Origin: Agrobacterium sp.
GTDB lineage: Bacteria; Pseudomonadota; Alphaproteobacteria; Rhizobiales; Rhizobiaceae
Length of the DNA stretch: 64,000 nucleotides
Reading direction: 5' to 3'
Assembly: GCA_034519725.1 (NCBI GenBank)
Contig: JAXHOC010000024.1
Span: 7,410-71,409, forward strand
The position numbers and the translations under genes are program-made. The notes beneath the pieces were generated by a model. That model searched no databases and was not told the DNA's origin. It saw nothing but the letters and a program-made list of their open reading frames with translations. Shown piece by piece: positions 1 to 10,405 of the stretch (the stretch's first letter is position 1; each line of letters begins with the position of its first letter).

Positions 1-1
1 A

Positions 2-166
2 GTTCATCACAAAATGATTCGAGATGATGATAAAGCCACAGTAATCAAAGATGTTGGTTCATATAAGGCTTTTCAGAAAAAACGGAAAGAATTACGACAA
101 ATACAACGTACCATCAATGAGCAGTTAGATTTGCTCAAAAACCTTCAATCCAGAGAATACACATGA
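2..166 (+). CDS. 3' part of a small basic helical ORF upstream of the transposase (DUF6788-like candidate), 5'-truncated by the window edge
   Basis: Frame 2 is open from base 2 (VHHKMIRDDDKATVIKDVGSYKAFQKKRKELRQIQRTINEQLDLLKNLQSREYT*). Its TGA overlaps the transposase ATG as ATGA at 163-166. Not in the ORF track. Confidence 0.55.
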   Translation, partial: VHHKMIRDDDKATVIKDVGSYKAFQKKRKELRQIQRTINEQLDLLKNLQSREYT

Positions 167-1698
167 GTGCATCAAATTCCAGATGGACACCGGTTGTCTA
201 CGAAGAGAACAAAGTCAAAGTATTGGAGCACCTGCGTCAAGGTGAAGTTGAATACATGGATTTAAGCAGCTGGAGCTACCAAGATCGTTTCTTTGCTTTT
301 TTGTTGGGCATCCGTTTTTTTGAACTTTGTGCCGCCAGTTACCCAAGTCCTCGCAAGAAAGAGGAAGTTCCTTTATGGTTTCTTCTGTGTTGTGCAGTGC
401 AGATGAGAGTAAATACGACCAGTGTTTACAGTAAGCTGCCAGGACTGTTGAAAAATGGTCCGATATTATCTCGTGTAAAATTCAATGTGGGTGGTATGGA
501 AGGTGGCTTCAATCGAAAAAACCATTCTGACAGAACTTGCCCTGTTGACTTTGATTGTGTTCGAAAGTTTTATAAAGACACACCCCATTCCGAATTACGC
601 CAATGGTATAACAGGGATGTAACAAAGTTTTTTCGTCACAATCGTGCATTTGATAAGCATGGCTATTTTTATTCTGGATCAAACGCACATAGTAGTACCT
701 GATAATAAAAATTATAAAGATGCGGTATATATGCGAGTTGATGAGTTTGGTCATCGATACGATACCTATGGCATGAGTGAAGAACAAAAAGCCGCACTGC
801 CATTGCATCCCTGTTATGCTTTGAGTGAACTATTGCATATTGGTAAAGATGACAGGTGCTTTATGATTGCTGGATATCAATTGGGGCCTGGTAATACCGA
901 TGATGTCGAACAGGGCAAGCTACTGGTTCGGGATTTTGTCGATGCAGTGGGGCAAGACGTAATGAAGTTGCTTATTGTAGATCGTGGTTTTATTGATGGT
1001 GCATTCATTGATCTTGTTTGCAAAGATATTAAATCAGATGTATTGGTTCCACTTAAAAAAAATATGGATCTTTATCTTGCTGCAAAACGCCGCGTGGAAT
1101 CAGCAGATTGGAAAGGGGTTTGGACTCCATATCGTACCTATGTAAAAAAGGTGTTACTTATCAGGAAGATGTCTCCGTTATTGAAGACCACAACGGTATT
1201 TGGGGAAATTGCACCACCAAGCTTTATGTGTCAATGATGCGTACCAAAGCATCCGATAGTAATGACTATACTTATTGGGCACTTGCGACTTCATTCAAGC
1301 CCAAAAAAGCAAAAGAGGCATTTGAAACTTATGCGCTACGGACCGAAATCGAAGAACGTCACAGGCAGCTTAAGCTTTCGTGGCATATTAATGATTTTTC
1401 TTCACCTCACGAATCGTTGGTTGAAGCTCATGTGTTATTTACATTACTGACTTATACATTAGTACAATTGCATCTTGTAAAAAAGCATCTTGTGGAGCTA
1501 ACTTCAAAAACCATCGAAACGCTTAAAGCAGAAGAGTCTGTTGGTACCAATAGCGTTATTATCTACCATGGAAACTATTTTGCCGTATTTAACCTTGATG
1601 ATTATACACTGATTGTGGCGGATCTGGAACCACATGCTCGAGATCGTCTTAAATCATGGATAGAAAGGCAGAAACAAATGTTCAATCCTACAGGCTAA
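163..1698 (+). mobile_element. IS4-superfamily (DDE_Tnp_1-like) transposase, split by two frameshifts (~665 and ~1145)
   Basis: ORFs 163-702, 644-1237 and 1108-1698 join into one protein with ILDQTH (D1), LLIVDRGFID (D2) and YALRTEIEERHRQLK (Y-x2-R-x3-E-x6-K YREK signature). Shifts fall near a T-run and an A7 run. Confidence 0.8.
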
Positions 1699-2128
1699 CT
1701 ATTTCAAATTTAACAGCTCCGCCTGCCCAGCTCCTTATTTTCCTGCTTATCGAAAAGCCAAGGTACGATCATATCCACCCCAGTACAATTTCTTTGAGTG
1801 CGAAAAATTTGAAACCGGATCTGCGGAATTCAGCCACGTGTATCTCTTTTTTATGCCTGAAAACAAGGTCTTTCACTAACACGGTTAAATACACTGTCTG
1901 AATCACAAGTATTTATTATTTAAATTTGCACCACTTGCGACAAAAGTTTATTTTATAGCGTCAAAAACGCCTCTGTTTTTGTTCAGAGCCTCAAATGCTT
2001 TGGATGCCTTGAAGTTTATCTTGCTAACAGCCTTCGGTACGTTCCCGGTGTTAGTTATTCATATAGTAACAATTTATTATACCAAGCTATCAGTTTACTG
2101 ATGTATTACTGGTACAGGGGAAGGTTGT

Positions 2129-2484
2129 ATGATTAATAGTGTGAAATCGGCAATATAAGCTGCGTGGCCATTTTAATAGGTGTTTTCTCAAGTTTTGGTG
2201 CGCATTACGGTGTATGAGGTGCCCGTTGAAAAAGATACCATGAAATTCAGGTTCGATACCTATGCGTATGATCAGGAAAAAGATTAATGAAGGTGTACGA
2301 TTTACACTTTTACTGCCCTGGGCAATGATTCTGTGGCGATTGTTGTCGACACTGTTGCAGCCTATCCCGCATCAAACAAGTCACGCCCGGTTTTTTACGG
2401 TACTGATGCAAGTTTTACAACCATCGTACGATCTTCGGGGAATATAACCACTACCGCGATTTTGCCTCTTAAACCAACCGCTGT
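2129..2484 (+). pseudogene. broken 5' part of a probable secreted protein gene from the AT-rich source
   Basis: Purine-rich RBS (AGGGGAAGG 2116-2124), ATG 2129, hydrophobic signal-like stretch CVAILIGVFSSFGA, then coding-like pieces in shifting frames (ITVYEVPVEKDTMKFRFDTYAYDQEKD; TIYTFTALGNDSVAIVVDTVAAYP...LPLKPTA) cut off at the GC switch. Confidence 0.4.
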
Positions 2485-3492
2485 GAGGCCGCCGACGCAA
2501 AGAAGGTCTGCTTCATCTATGTCGGCAGCCGTACCGATGGCGGCTGGACGCAGGCGCACGAGATCGGCCGCGAGGAGCTTCAGAAGCATTTCGGCGACAA
2601 GATCGAAACGCCGTTCCTCGAAAGCGTTCCGGAAGGCCCGGATGCCGAACGCGCCATCGAGCGCATGGCCCGTTCCGGCTGCGAACTGGTCTTCACCACC
2701 TCCTTCGGCTTCATGGATGCGACCGTGAAGGTTGCCCAGAAGTTCCCCAAGGTGAAGTTCGAACACGCCACCGGCTTCAAGACCGCCGAAAACGTTGCGA
2801 CCTATAATTCGCGCTTCTATGAAGGCCGCTACATTCAGGGCCAGATCGCCGCGAAGATGTCGAAGAAGGGTGTGGCCGGTTACATCGCTTCCTTCCCGAT
2901 CCCGGAAGTGGTGATGGGCATCGATGCCTTCGTTCTCGGCGCGCAGTCCGTCAATCCCGAGTTCAAGGTCAAGGTCGTCTGGGCCAATACCTGGTTCGAC
3001 CCCGGCAAGGAAGCCGATGCCGCCAAGGCGCTGATCGACCAGGGCGTCGACATCCTGACGCAGCATACCGACACCACCGCGCCGATGCAGGTTGCAGCCG
3101 AACGCGGCATCAAGGCCTTCGGTCAGGCGTCCGACATGATCGCTGCCGGTCCGCAGACACAGCTGACCGCCATCAAGGACACATGGGGCGCCTATTACAT
3201 CAAGCGCACGCAGGCCCTGCTTGACGGCACGTGGAAGTCCGAATCCATCTGGGATGGCCTGAAAGACGGCATCCTGACCATGGCGCCCTACACCAACATG
3301 CCTGACGACGTGAAGAAGATGGCTGAGGAAACCGAAGCCAAGATCAAGTCGGGCGAGCTGCATCCCTTTACCGGTCCGGTGAAGAAGCAGGACGGTTCGG
3401 AATGGCTGAAGGCGGGCGAAAAGGCCGAAGACGGCGTTCTGCTCGGCCTCAACTTCTACGTTGCCGGCGTGGACGACAAGCTGCCGCAATAA
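2485..3492 (+). pseudogene. BMP-family ABC transporter substrate-binding protein (purine/nucleoside type), missing start codon and signal peptide
   Basis: Frame reads EAADAKKVCFIYVGSRTDGGWTQAHEIGR... from 2485 in frame with ORF 2665-3492. An in-frame TAA lies at 2470-2472, with no start codon before the conserved N-terminus. Confidence 0.85.
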
Positions 3493-3563
3493 TCGGACGT
3501 TCGGCATTCGTCGCTCACCTCGCGACGTGTGACCTCTTAGCGCGGCGAGGCACGCGAACTCGA

Positions 3564-3649
3564 CCTCATCCTCGGCCCTGTGCCGGGGATCTGCCTGCGT
3601 ATCGAAAATCGATGGGTTGCAGATGCCCGGGGCAGGCCCGAGCATGACG
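3564..3649. repeat. REP-doublet-like palindromic element (TCAT...ATGA family, divergent subtype)
   Basis: CCTCATCCTCGGCCCTGTGCCGGGGATCTGC ... GCAGATGCCCGGGGCAGGCCCGAGCATGACG inverted arms. Confidence 0.65.
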
Positions 3650-3679
3650 AAGCAGAGGTCTGAGACCTGTTGCCACTCT

Positions 3680-3714
3680 TAAAGGCCGCGCATGAAATTC
3701 ACGCGCGGCCTTTA
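3680..3714. terminator. intrinsic terminator hairpin
   Basis: TAAAGGCCGCGC-ATGAAATTCAC-GCGCGGCCTTTA after the BMP gene. Confidence 0.7.
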
Positions 3715-3855
3715 TTACCTTCATCTGATTTACGCTGCGGATGAAATTTGGCTTTGCTTTTCACGCCACTTGATGTTTTTCACTATAGTCTGACTTGAAA
3801 TACACACGTCTGGCGCGATTTTTTACAGCGCCAGCCGAATGGAAGGACATGGGAT

Positions 3856-4614
3856 TTGCAGCGCGGAATGCTCGATGCGGCGATCGGTTTTCGAAAGCTG
3901 CGGACAAATCATGCTCAGGTCGTTCACAAGCTCGGTCTCGACATCGTGTCCGGGTTTTTCAAGACGGGTGACATCCTGCCGGGCGATGCCGAGCTGATGG
4001 AGCGGCTGAAAGTCTCGCGGACGGTGCTGCGCGAGGCGATGAAGACGCTGACCGCCAAGGGCATGATTTCCCCCAAGGCGCGCATCGGCACCCGCGTGAC
4101 GGAGCGCGAAAGCTGGAACATGTTCGACAGCGAGGTGCTGCTCTGGCACTTCGAGGCGGGTGTCAGCGAGGAGTTTCTGCTGCATCTCTACGATATCCGC
4201 CAGGCGTTTGAACCCTATGGCGCGGGTCTTGCTGCTGTCAGGGCCAAAGACGCCGATATCGCAAGACTCGTCGCTTATGCCAACGAGATGGGCAATACGG
4301 CCTATTCCAAGGAAAAGCGGGCGCTTGCGGATATGAATTTCCATGTCCTCATCACAGAAATGTCCGGCAACCCGTTCATGCGCACCGTCGGTTCGCTGAT
4401 AAAGGCGGCGCTGGCGGGCATTTTCAGGATGAGCAACCCGGAAGCCGACCCGAGCGAAATTTCCGACGTGTCTGCCTCTCACCTGAGGCTGGTCGAAGCG
4501 TTTCGGTTGCGCGACGAGGCGGCGGCCCGGCGCGAAATGGAAAGGCTGATTGAAAACGGCCGGCAGCAGATACTCGAATTCACGGCCCGCAACCCCGGCC
4601 GGTCCATCATGTAA
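3856..4614 (+). CDS. GntR/FadR-family transcriptional regulator
   Basis: wHTH LPGDAELMERLKVSRTVLREAMKTL and FCD-type C-terminus (ADMNFHVLITEMSGNPF). Confidence 0.9.
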   Translation: MQRGMLDAAIGFRKLRTNHAQVVHKLGLDIVSGFFKTGDILPGDAELMERLKVSRTVLREAMKTLTAKGMISPKARIGTRVTERESWNMFDSEVLLWHFEAGVSEEFLLHLYDIRQAFEPYGAGLAAVRAKDADIARLVAYANEMGNTAYSKEKRALADMNFHVLITEMSGNPFMRTVGSLIKAALAGIFRMSNPEADPSEISDVSASHLRLVEAFRLRDEAAARREMERLIENGRQQILEFTARNPGRSIM

Positions 4615-4810
4615 GCCCGCCGCCGATCACGTTTGATGAAAATCGGCGTGGAAATTTGGTGGAAATTTGCATGGTTTCTTAAGCGGGGCGCCGTTATAGC
4701 AGTGCCGGAAAGAAATCACCGATACGCCGTCCGCACTACCGGCCGGCGTCAAGTCAAACATTGCCCCTGTCCGGGCCGCCTGTGGCCGGTGACGGGGTGT
4801 TGGAGGTCTT

Positions 4811-6172
4811 ATGGAGCGCAGCTCTCTAGCCGTTATTCTCGCAGCGGGCGACAGCACGCGCATGAAGTCTTCGAAGTCCAAGGTGCTGCATCCGGTCGCG
4901 GGGCGTCCGATGATCGGGCATGTGGTGGAGGCGGTGGCTGGAGCGGGCGTCGGCGCGGTGGCGCTGGTGGTCGGGCGCGATGCCGACAATGTCGCTGCCG
5001 CCGCAAGCCTTGGGGACCTTCAGGTGGAAGCCTTCCTGCAAAAGGAACGCAAGGGCACCGGCCACGCGGTGCTTGCCGCACGCGAGGCGATCGAGCGCGG
5101 TTTTGACGATGTCATCGTCGCTTATGGCGATGTGCCGCTCATCACTTCGGCAACGCTCGACAGGGCGCGCGAGGCGATTGCCGCCGGTGCCGATGTCGCC
5201 GTCATCGGTTTCCATACCGAGCGGCCCACGGGTTATGGGCGCCTCCTGGTCGAGAATGGCGAGCTGGTGGCGATCCGCGAGGAAAAGGACGCCACCGACG
5301 AGGAACGCAAGGTCACCTGGTGCAACAGCGGATTGATGGCCATCAACGGCCGCAATGCGCTGGATCTGCTTGACCGGATTGGCAACAACAATGTGAAGGG
5401 CGAATATTATCTGACCGACATCGTCGAGATCGCCCGTTCGCTCGGCCGCCGCGCCATTGCCATCGATGCGCCGGAAAAGGAACTGACCGGCTGCAACAAC
5501 CGCGCCGAGCTTGCCTTTATCGAGAGGCTCTGGCAGGAGCGCCGCCGCCACGAATTGATGGTGGACGGCGTTTCGATGATTGCGCCTGAGACAGTATTCC
5601 TTTCCTTCGATACGAAGATCGGTCAGGATGTGCTGATCGAGCCCAACGTCGTTTTCGGTCCCGGCGTGACGATAGAGCCGGGCGCCATCATTCATGCGTT
5701 TTCGCATATGGAAGGGGCCTATCTGGCCGAGGGTGCGGTTGTCGGTCCGTTTGCGCGGTTGCGTCCGGGTGCAAACCTGCATGCCAATGCCAAGGTGGGC
5801 AATTTCTGCGAGGTCAAGAAGGCCGAGATCGGCGAGGGCGCCAAGGTCAACCATCTGACCTATATTGGCGACGCTGTCGTGGGTGCAGGCAGCAATATCG
5901 GCGCGGGTGCCATCACCTGCAATTATGACGGTTACAACAAGTCCGAAACGCGGATCGGGGCCAACAGCTTCATCGGTTCGAATTCGTCGCTGGTCGCTCC
6001 CGTCACCATTGGAGAGCGGGCTTACATCGCCTCCGGCAGCGTGATTACCGACGATGTGCCTGCTGATGCGCTGGCTTTCGGGCGGGCACGCCAGGAGGTG
6101 AAGCCGGGCCGGGCCATTGCCCTGCGCGAGCGGGCGAAAGCGCTGAAGGAAGCGAAGAAAAAATCCTCTTAG
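4811..6172 (+). CDS. glmU: bifunctional UDP-GlcNAc pyrophosphorylase / GlcN-1-P acetyltransferase
   Basis: [18 protein letters not shown], hexapeptide repeats, [13 protein letters not shown]. Confidence 0.97.
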   Translation: MERSSLAVILAAGDSTRMKSSKSKVLHPVAGRPMIGHVVEAVAGAGVGAVALVVGRDADNVAAAASLGDLQVEAFLQKERKGTGHAVLAAREAIERGFDDVIVAYGDVPLITSATLDRAREAIAAGADVAVIGFHTERPTGYGRLLVENGELVAIREEKDATDEERKVTWCNSGLMAINGRNALDLLDRIGNNNVKGEYYLTDIVEIARSLGRRAIAIDAPEKELTGCNNRAELAFIERLWQERRRHELMVDGVSMIAPETVFLSFDTKIGQDVLIEPNVVFGPGVTIEPGAIIHAFSHMEGAYLAEGAVVGPFARLRPGANLHANAKVGNFCEVKKAEIGEGAKVNHLTYIGDAVVGAGSNIGAGAITCNYDGYNKSETRIGANSFIGSNSSLVAPVTIGERAYIASGSVITDDVPADALAFGRARQEVKPGRAIALRERAKALKEAKKKSS

Positions 6173-6235
6173 ATGACGTTACCGAGCGATACTGAAAGTG
6201 ACCGGCGGCACAATTGCCGATTTCAGGGAAACGGG

Positions 6236-6338
6236 TAAAGCATTTCCAGTAAGACTGCGCAGCGGTTTTACGTCCGAAGATGCGTCAAAACAAAAACGTG
6301 AAGTATTTTCGCATTTCAGGGAAACGCGGAAATACTCT
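6236..6338. repeat. Rhizobiales intergenic repeat (Bru-RS-like TAAAGCATTTCCAG...GGAAATACTCT element)
   Basis: Imperfect terminal inverted repeats, internal GCGGTTTT..GATGCGTCAAAACAAA and a 3' hairpin; shortened relative at 33491-33535. Confidence 0.6.
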
Positions 6339-6376
6339 GGAAGTTTCGGCGAAGAGATCGCCGTCTGGAGAAATAT

Positions 6377-8203
6377 ATGTGCGGAATTGTCGGAATTGTC
6401 GGAACCCAGCCTGTTGCTGAACGGCTTGTCGATGCGCTGAAGCGCCTCGAATATCGCGGTTACGATTCGGCCGGTGTCGCCACCATCGACAAGGGCGCGA
6501 TGGATCGCCGCCGGGCGGAAGGCAAGCTGTTCAATCTGGAAAAGCTGGTGTCCGAAAAGCCGCTGCCGGGCGTGATCGGCATCGCGCATACACGCTGGGC
6601 AACGCATGGCGTGCCGAACGAAACCAATGCCCACCCGCATTTCGTCGATGGCGTTGCCGTCGTTCATAACGGCATCATCGAGAACTTCTCCGAATTGCGC
6701 GAAGAGCTGAGTGCCGAGGGCGCCACCTTCACCACCCAGACCGATACCGAAGTGGTGGCGCAGCTGCTGGCGAAATATACCCGCGAAGGGCTTGGCCATC
6801 GCGAGGCGATGCTGAAGATGCTGAACCACGTGACGGGCGCCTATGCGCTGGTGGTGATGTTTCAGGACGATCCCGATACGCTGCTTTCGGCGCGGTCCGG
6901 GCCGCCGCTTGCCGTCGGTTACGGCCGGGGCGAAATGTTCCTGGGGTCCGATGCGATAGCACTTTCGCCTTTCACCAACGAGATCACCTATCTGGTGGAT
7001 GGCGACTGCGCCATCGTCACCCGCAACGGTGCAGAAATCATCGATTTTTCCGGCAAGCCGGTGAAACGCGAGCGCCAGATTTCGCAGGCGACGGCTTTTG
7101 TGGTCGACAAGGGCAACCACCGCCATTTCATGGAAAAGGAAATCTACGAGCAGCCGGAAGTCATTTCGCATGCGCTCAGCCATTATGTGGATTTCGCCTC
7201 CAAAACCGTGAAGGATGCCGATAAGGCGATCGATTTCGCCAGGCTTTCCGGCCTTGCCATTTCCGCCTGCGGCACGGCCTATCTGTCCGGCCTGATCGGC
7301 AAATATTGGTTCGAGCGTTATGCGCGCCTGCCGGTGGAGATCGATGTCGCCTCGGAATTCCGCTATCGCGAGATTCCGCTCGTCCCAACGCAGGCCGCGC
7401 TGTTCATTTCGCAATCGGGCGAGACCGCCGATACGCTGGCGGCCTTGCGTTATTGCCAGCAGGAGGGATTGAAGATCGGCGCGGTGGTCAATACGCGCGA
7501 ATCGACCATGGCGCGCGAATCGGATGCTATCTTTCCGATCCTCGCCGGTCCGGAAATCGGGGTCGCTTCCACCAAGGCATTCACCTGCCAGCTTGCCGTG
7601 CTGGCGTCGCTTGCCGTTACCGCCGGAAAAGCGCGCGGCACGATCACACCTCAGCAGGAAACCGAACTGGTGCAGCAGCTGATCGAGATGCCGCGCATCA
7701 TGAGCAAGGTGCTGAACCTCATCCAGCCGCAGATCGAGGGGCTTTCGCGCGATCTGTCGCGTTTCAAGGACGTGCTTTATCTCGGCCGCGGCACCAGCTT
7801 CCCGCTGGCGCTGGAAGGCGCGCTGAAGCTCAAGGAAATCTCCTATATCCATGCCGAAGGTTATGCCGCCGGCGAGCTGAAGCACGGGCCGATTGCGCTG
7901 ATCGACGAGAACATGCCTGTCATCGTCATCGCGCCGCATGACCGCTTCTTTGAAAAGACCGTGTCGAACATGCAGGAAGTGGCCGCGCGCGGCGGCCGCA
8001 TCATCTTCATCACCGACGAGAAGGGCGCTGCCGCCTCCAAGCTCGATACCATGGCGACGATCACGCTGCCCAATGTCGATGAGCTGATCGCGCCGATGGT
8101 GTTCTCGCTGCCGATCCAGTTGCTCGCCTATCACACGGCCGTCTTCATGGGCACCGATGTGGACCAGCCGCGCAACCTCGCCAAATCCGTTACGGTGGAA
8201 TGA
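6377..8203 (+). CDS. glmS: glutamine--fructose-6-phosphate aminotransferase
   Basis: MCGIVG N-terminus, HTRWATHG, SQSGETADT, PRNLAKSVTVE C-terminus. Confidence 0.98.
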   Translation: MCGIVGIVGTQPVAERLVDALKRLEYRGYDSAGVATIDKGAMDRRRAEGKLFNLEKLVSEKPLPGVIGIAHTRWATHGVPNETNAHPHFVDGVAVVHNGIIENFSELREELSAEGATFTTQTDTEVVAQLLAKYTREGLGHREAMLKMLNHVTGAYALVVMFQDDPDTLLSARSGPPLAVGYGRGEMFLGSDAIALSPFTNEITYLVDGDCAIVTRNGAEIIDFSGKPVKRERQISQATAFVVDKGNHRHFMEKEIYEQPEVISHALSHYVDFASKTVKDADKAIDFARLSGLAISACGTAYLSGLIGKYWFERYARLPVEIDVASEFRYREIPLVPTQAALFISQSGETADTLAALRYCQQEGLKIGAVVNTRESTMARESDAIFPILAGPEIGVASTKAFTCQLAVLASLAVTAGKARGTITPQQETELVQQLIEMPRIMSKVLNLIQPQIEGLSRDLSRFKDVLYLGRGTSFPLALEGALKLKEISYIHAEGYAAGELKHGPIALIDENMPVIVIAPHDRFFEKTVSNMQEVAARGGRIIFITDEKGAAASKLDTMATITLPNVDELIAPMVFSLPIQLLAYHTAVFMGTDVDQPRNLAKSVTVE

Positions 8204-8703
8204 TCGTCCGGCCGGAACGGCAGGGCGATGAAGAGGCGATTGCTCGCGTTACGGAAGATGCCTTCCGTAACGTCGATCATAGCGACAATACGGAACATTT
8301 GATCGTCGAACAGCTGCGCAAGGCCGGCGCGCTGACTGTTTCTCTGGTTGCCGAGGACAGCGACGGCATTATCGGCCATATCGGTTTTTCACCGGTAACT
8401 CTGCCGGGCGGCGAGACCGGCTGGTTCTGCCTCGCACCGCTTTCCGTGACGCCAGAGCGGCAGGGACAGGGTGTCGGTTCAGGGCTGGTGCGGGAAGGGC
8501 TTGCCGCACTGGAACGTCTAAGCGCTTCCGGCGCGGTTGTCGCCGGCGATCCGGACTATTACGGCCGCTTCGGTTTTGCCCATGTCGAGGGCCTGAGCGG
8601 CGACGGGATTCCTGACGAATATTTCACAGTTCTTCGCTTGCATGGCGGAACTCCATCCGGCATTGTCGGTTTTCATCCGGGTTTCGATAGCGACAACGCT
8701 TAA
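8200..8703 (+). CDS. GNAT N-acetyltransferase (YhbS-like)
   Basis: LAPLSVTPERQGQGVG, GDPDYYGRFGF; ATGA overlap with glmS. Confidence 0.9.
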   Translation: MIVRPERQGDEEAIARVTEDAFRNVDHSDNTEHLIVEQLRKAGALTVSLVAEDSDGIIGHIGFSPVTLPGGETGWFCLAPLSVTPERQGQGVGSGLVREGLAALERLSASGAVVAGDPDYYGRFGFAHVEGLSGDGIPDEYFTVLRLHGGTPSGIVGFHPGFDSDNA

Positions 8704-8716
8704 TTCCGAACGGTAA

Positions 8717-9385
8717 ATGACCGATATTCCAGTCAAAATTTCATTCGCAGCCCGTCTGCGCAACAGCTTCCTCACGGGCGTCCTCATCCTTGCGCCTGTC
8801 ACCATCACCATGTGGCTGGTGTGGAGCTTCCTGCAATGGGCGGATAGCTGGGTTAAGCCCTATATTCCCGCCCGTTACGACCCCGAGCAATATTTCGATG
8901 TGGCTATCCCCGGCTTCGGCCTGCTGATCGCCGTCATCGGCATCACGCTCATCGGCTTTCTCGGCAACAACCTGATCGGCAAATGGATCGTCGGTGTCGG
9001 CGAGTCCGTGCTCAACCGCATGCCGCTGGTGCGGCCGATCTACAAGAGCATCAAGCAGCTGTTCGAATCCGTTCTGAAGGAACATTCGAATTCCTTCAAA
9101 AAGGTCGGCCTGATCGAATTTCCGTCACCCGGCACATGGGCGATGGTGTTCGTCTCTTCCGAAGTCAAAGGCGAGCTTGCCCATCGCTTCGACGAGATGG
9201 GCCAGCAAATGGTCGCCGTCTTCCTGCCGCCAACCCCGGTGCCGACGGCGGGTTTCCTGCTGTTCGTGCCGAAAGACAAGATCGTGATGCTGGATATGAC
9301 GCCGGAAGACGCGGCGAAACTGCTGATCTCGGGTGGTCTGGTGGCCCCGGATTTCACGCCGCCGAAGGTGATTGCGCCGGTTTGA
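8717..9385 (+). CDS. DUF502 family membrane protein
   Basis: FLTGVLILAPVTIT, PLVRPIYKSIKQ, VFLPPTPVPTAG. Confidence 0.9.
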   Translation: MTDIPVKISFAARLRNSFLTGVLILAPVTITMWLVWSFLQWADSWVKPYIPARYDPEQYFDVAIPGFGLLIAVIGITLIGFLGNNLIGKWIVGVGESVLNRMPLVRPIYKSIKQLFESVLKEHSNSFKKVGLIEFPSPGTWAMVFVSSEVKGELAHRFDEMGQQMVAVFLPPTPVPTAGFLLFVPKDKIVMLDMTPEDAAKLLISGGLVAPDFTPPKVIAPV

Positions 9386-9388
9386 GGT

Positions 9389-9772
9389 TCAAAGAACGCT
9401 CGGGATGTCTGTCTGGGAAAAATCGTTGCCGATGTATAGCAGACGACAGCCTTCGTTTTTCGCCAGTTCGTAAGCAAAACAGTCGCCGAAGTTGAGCCCT
9501 GCGGGATGAATGCCCTTGCCCCACATCCTGTAGGCTTCGGAAATACCGCGCGTGGACTTTGAGGTGACGGGTCTGATTTCGGCGCTCAAAGCGTCGAGCA
9601 ACATCGCAAATTCCCGACCAAGGTCGCGTCGTTGCGCCACGATCATTGCCTCCGCGAGCGTACCGGCAGAAATGAGCAGAGGCTCATCCGTTTCGAGTGC
9701 TGCGACGCAGGCATCCGCTGCGGGTTCATCGAGCAAAATCGCCATCAGTGCCGACGTATCGATGACGATCAT
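9389..9772 (-). CDS. vapC: VapC PIN-domain toxin
   Basis: MIVIDTSALMAIL, LNFGDCFAY, GNDFSQTD. Confidence 0.92.
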   Translation of the reverse strand: MIVIDTSALMAILLDEPAADACVAALETDEPLLISAGTLAEAMIVAQRRDLGREFAMLLDALSAEIRPVTSKSTRGISEAYRMWGKGIHPAGLNFGDCFAYELAKNEGCRLLYIGNDFSQTDIPSVL

Positions 9773-10026
9773 TTTGGGAGGCCGTGCTCGTCATAGAGAA
9801 AATCCTGACTACGCGCGGCATCCGGGCCACCGTCAGTCTTGGTCGCGATTGCCGCGCGCAGATTTGCAAGGGCGGCCTTGCGAGATTTCTTATTGGCCAC
9901 TGGTGTAACCGGAACCAGCCGCACGGCTGCGTGACCGTGCCGTGTGAGAATGACCTCATCTCCAGCCTCGGCGCGGCGCACCAGTTCGGTCAGTTGGCCT
10001 TTGGCATCGGTCACGGATATCTGCAT
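9769..10026 (-). CDS. Phd/YefM-family antitoxin
   Basis: Probable start ATG 10026, MQISVTDAKGQLTELVRRAEAGDEVILTRHG; overlaps vapC start. Confidence 0.9.
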   Translation of the reverse strand: MQISVTDAKGQLTELVRRAEAGDEVILTRHGHAAVRLVPVTPVANKKSRKAALANLRAAIATKTDGGPDAARSQDFLYDEHGLPK

Positions 10027-10159
10027 TGCGAAGTCCCGCATTTCTTTTCTGTTGAGAAAAATAGTCCATTTCATGGACCATATCAAGACGAGTGTCAGGA
10101 ATCTTGACGAACCACAATGGTTGACCAATAATCATGGCGAACCAGGAAGGGTCGCGATC

Positions 10160-10405
10160 ATGACTGCATTTACGGTGCGCTTGCCGGACGAGGTTGCTGA
10201 CAAACTCGATCAGCTTGCGGAAAAACTTGATCGCTCGCGGTCCTATATGGCGGCGCGGGCGATTGAAGACTATGTCGCCCGCGAGGAGTGGCAGCTTGCC
10301 GAGATCGAAGCCGGGTTGGCGGAAGCGGATCGCGGCGAGTTCGGTACGCCTGACGATCTCGCAAAGATTGTCGGAAAATATGTAAAGACCACCCGGCCGT
10401 CATGA
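10160..10405 (+). CDS. CopG/RHH antitoxin
   Basis: MTAFTVRLPDEVADKLDQLAEKLDRSRSY, IEAGLAEADRGEF; RBS AGGAAGG. Confidence 0.88.
   Translation: MTAFTVRLPDEVADKLDQLAEKLDRSRSYMAARAIEDYVAREEWQLAEIEAGLAEADRGEFGTPDDLAKIVGKYVKTTRPS

Noticed and set aside
660-1150. Programmed frameshifting in the transposase
   Set aside because: Two opposite shifts near homopolymer runs, in a sequence with many other indels, fit error or decay better.
2333-2728. 131-aa ORF crossing the GC junction as a novel fusion gene
   Set aside because: It is the truncated AT-rich frame running out of frame into the BMP gene.
6173-6376. glmS ribozyme
   Set aside because: No recognisable ribozyme core; the structure is explained by an intergenic repeat, and the ribozyme is mostly a Gram-positive feature.
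8165-8260. attTn7 site at the glmS 3' end
   Set aside because: The TnsD-recognised glmS tail is present, but the downstream GNAT gene is intact and no Tn7 ends or tns genes are seen; the site is empty.
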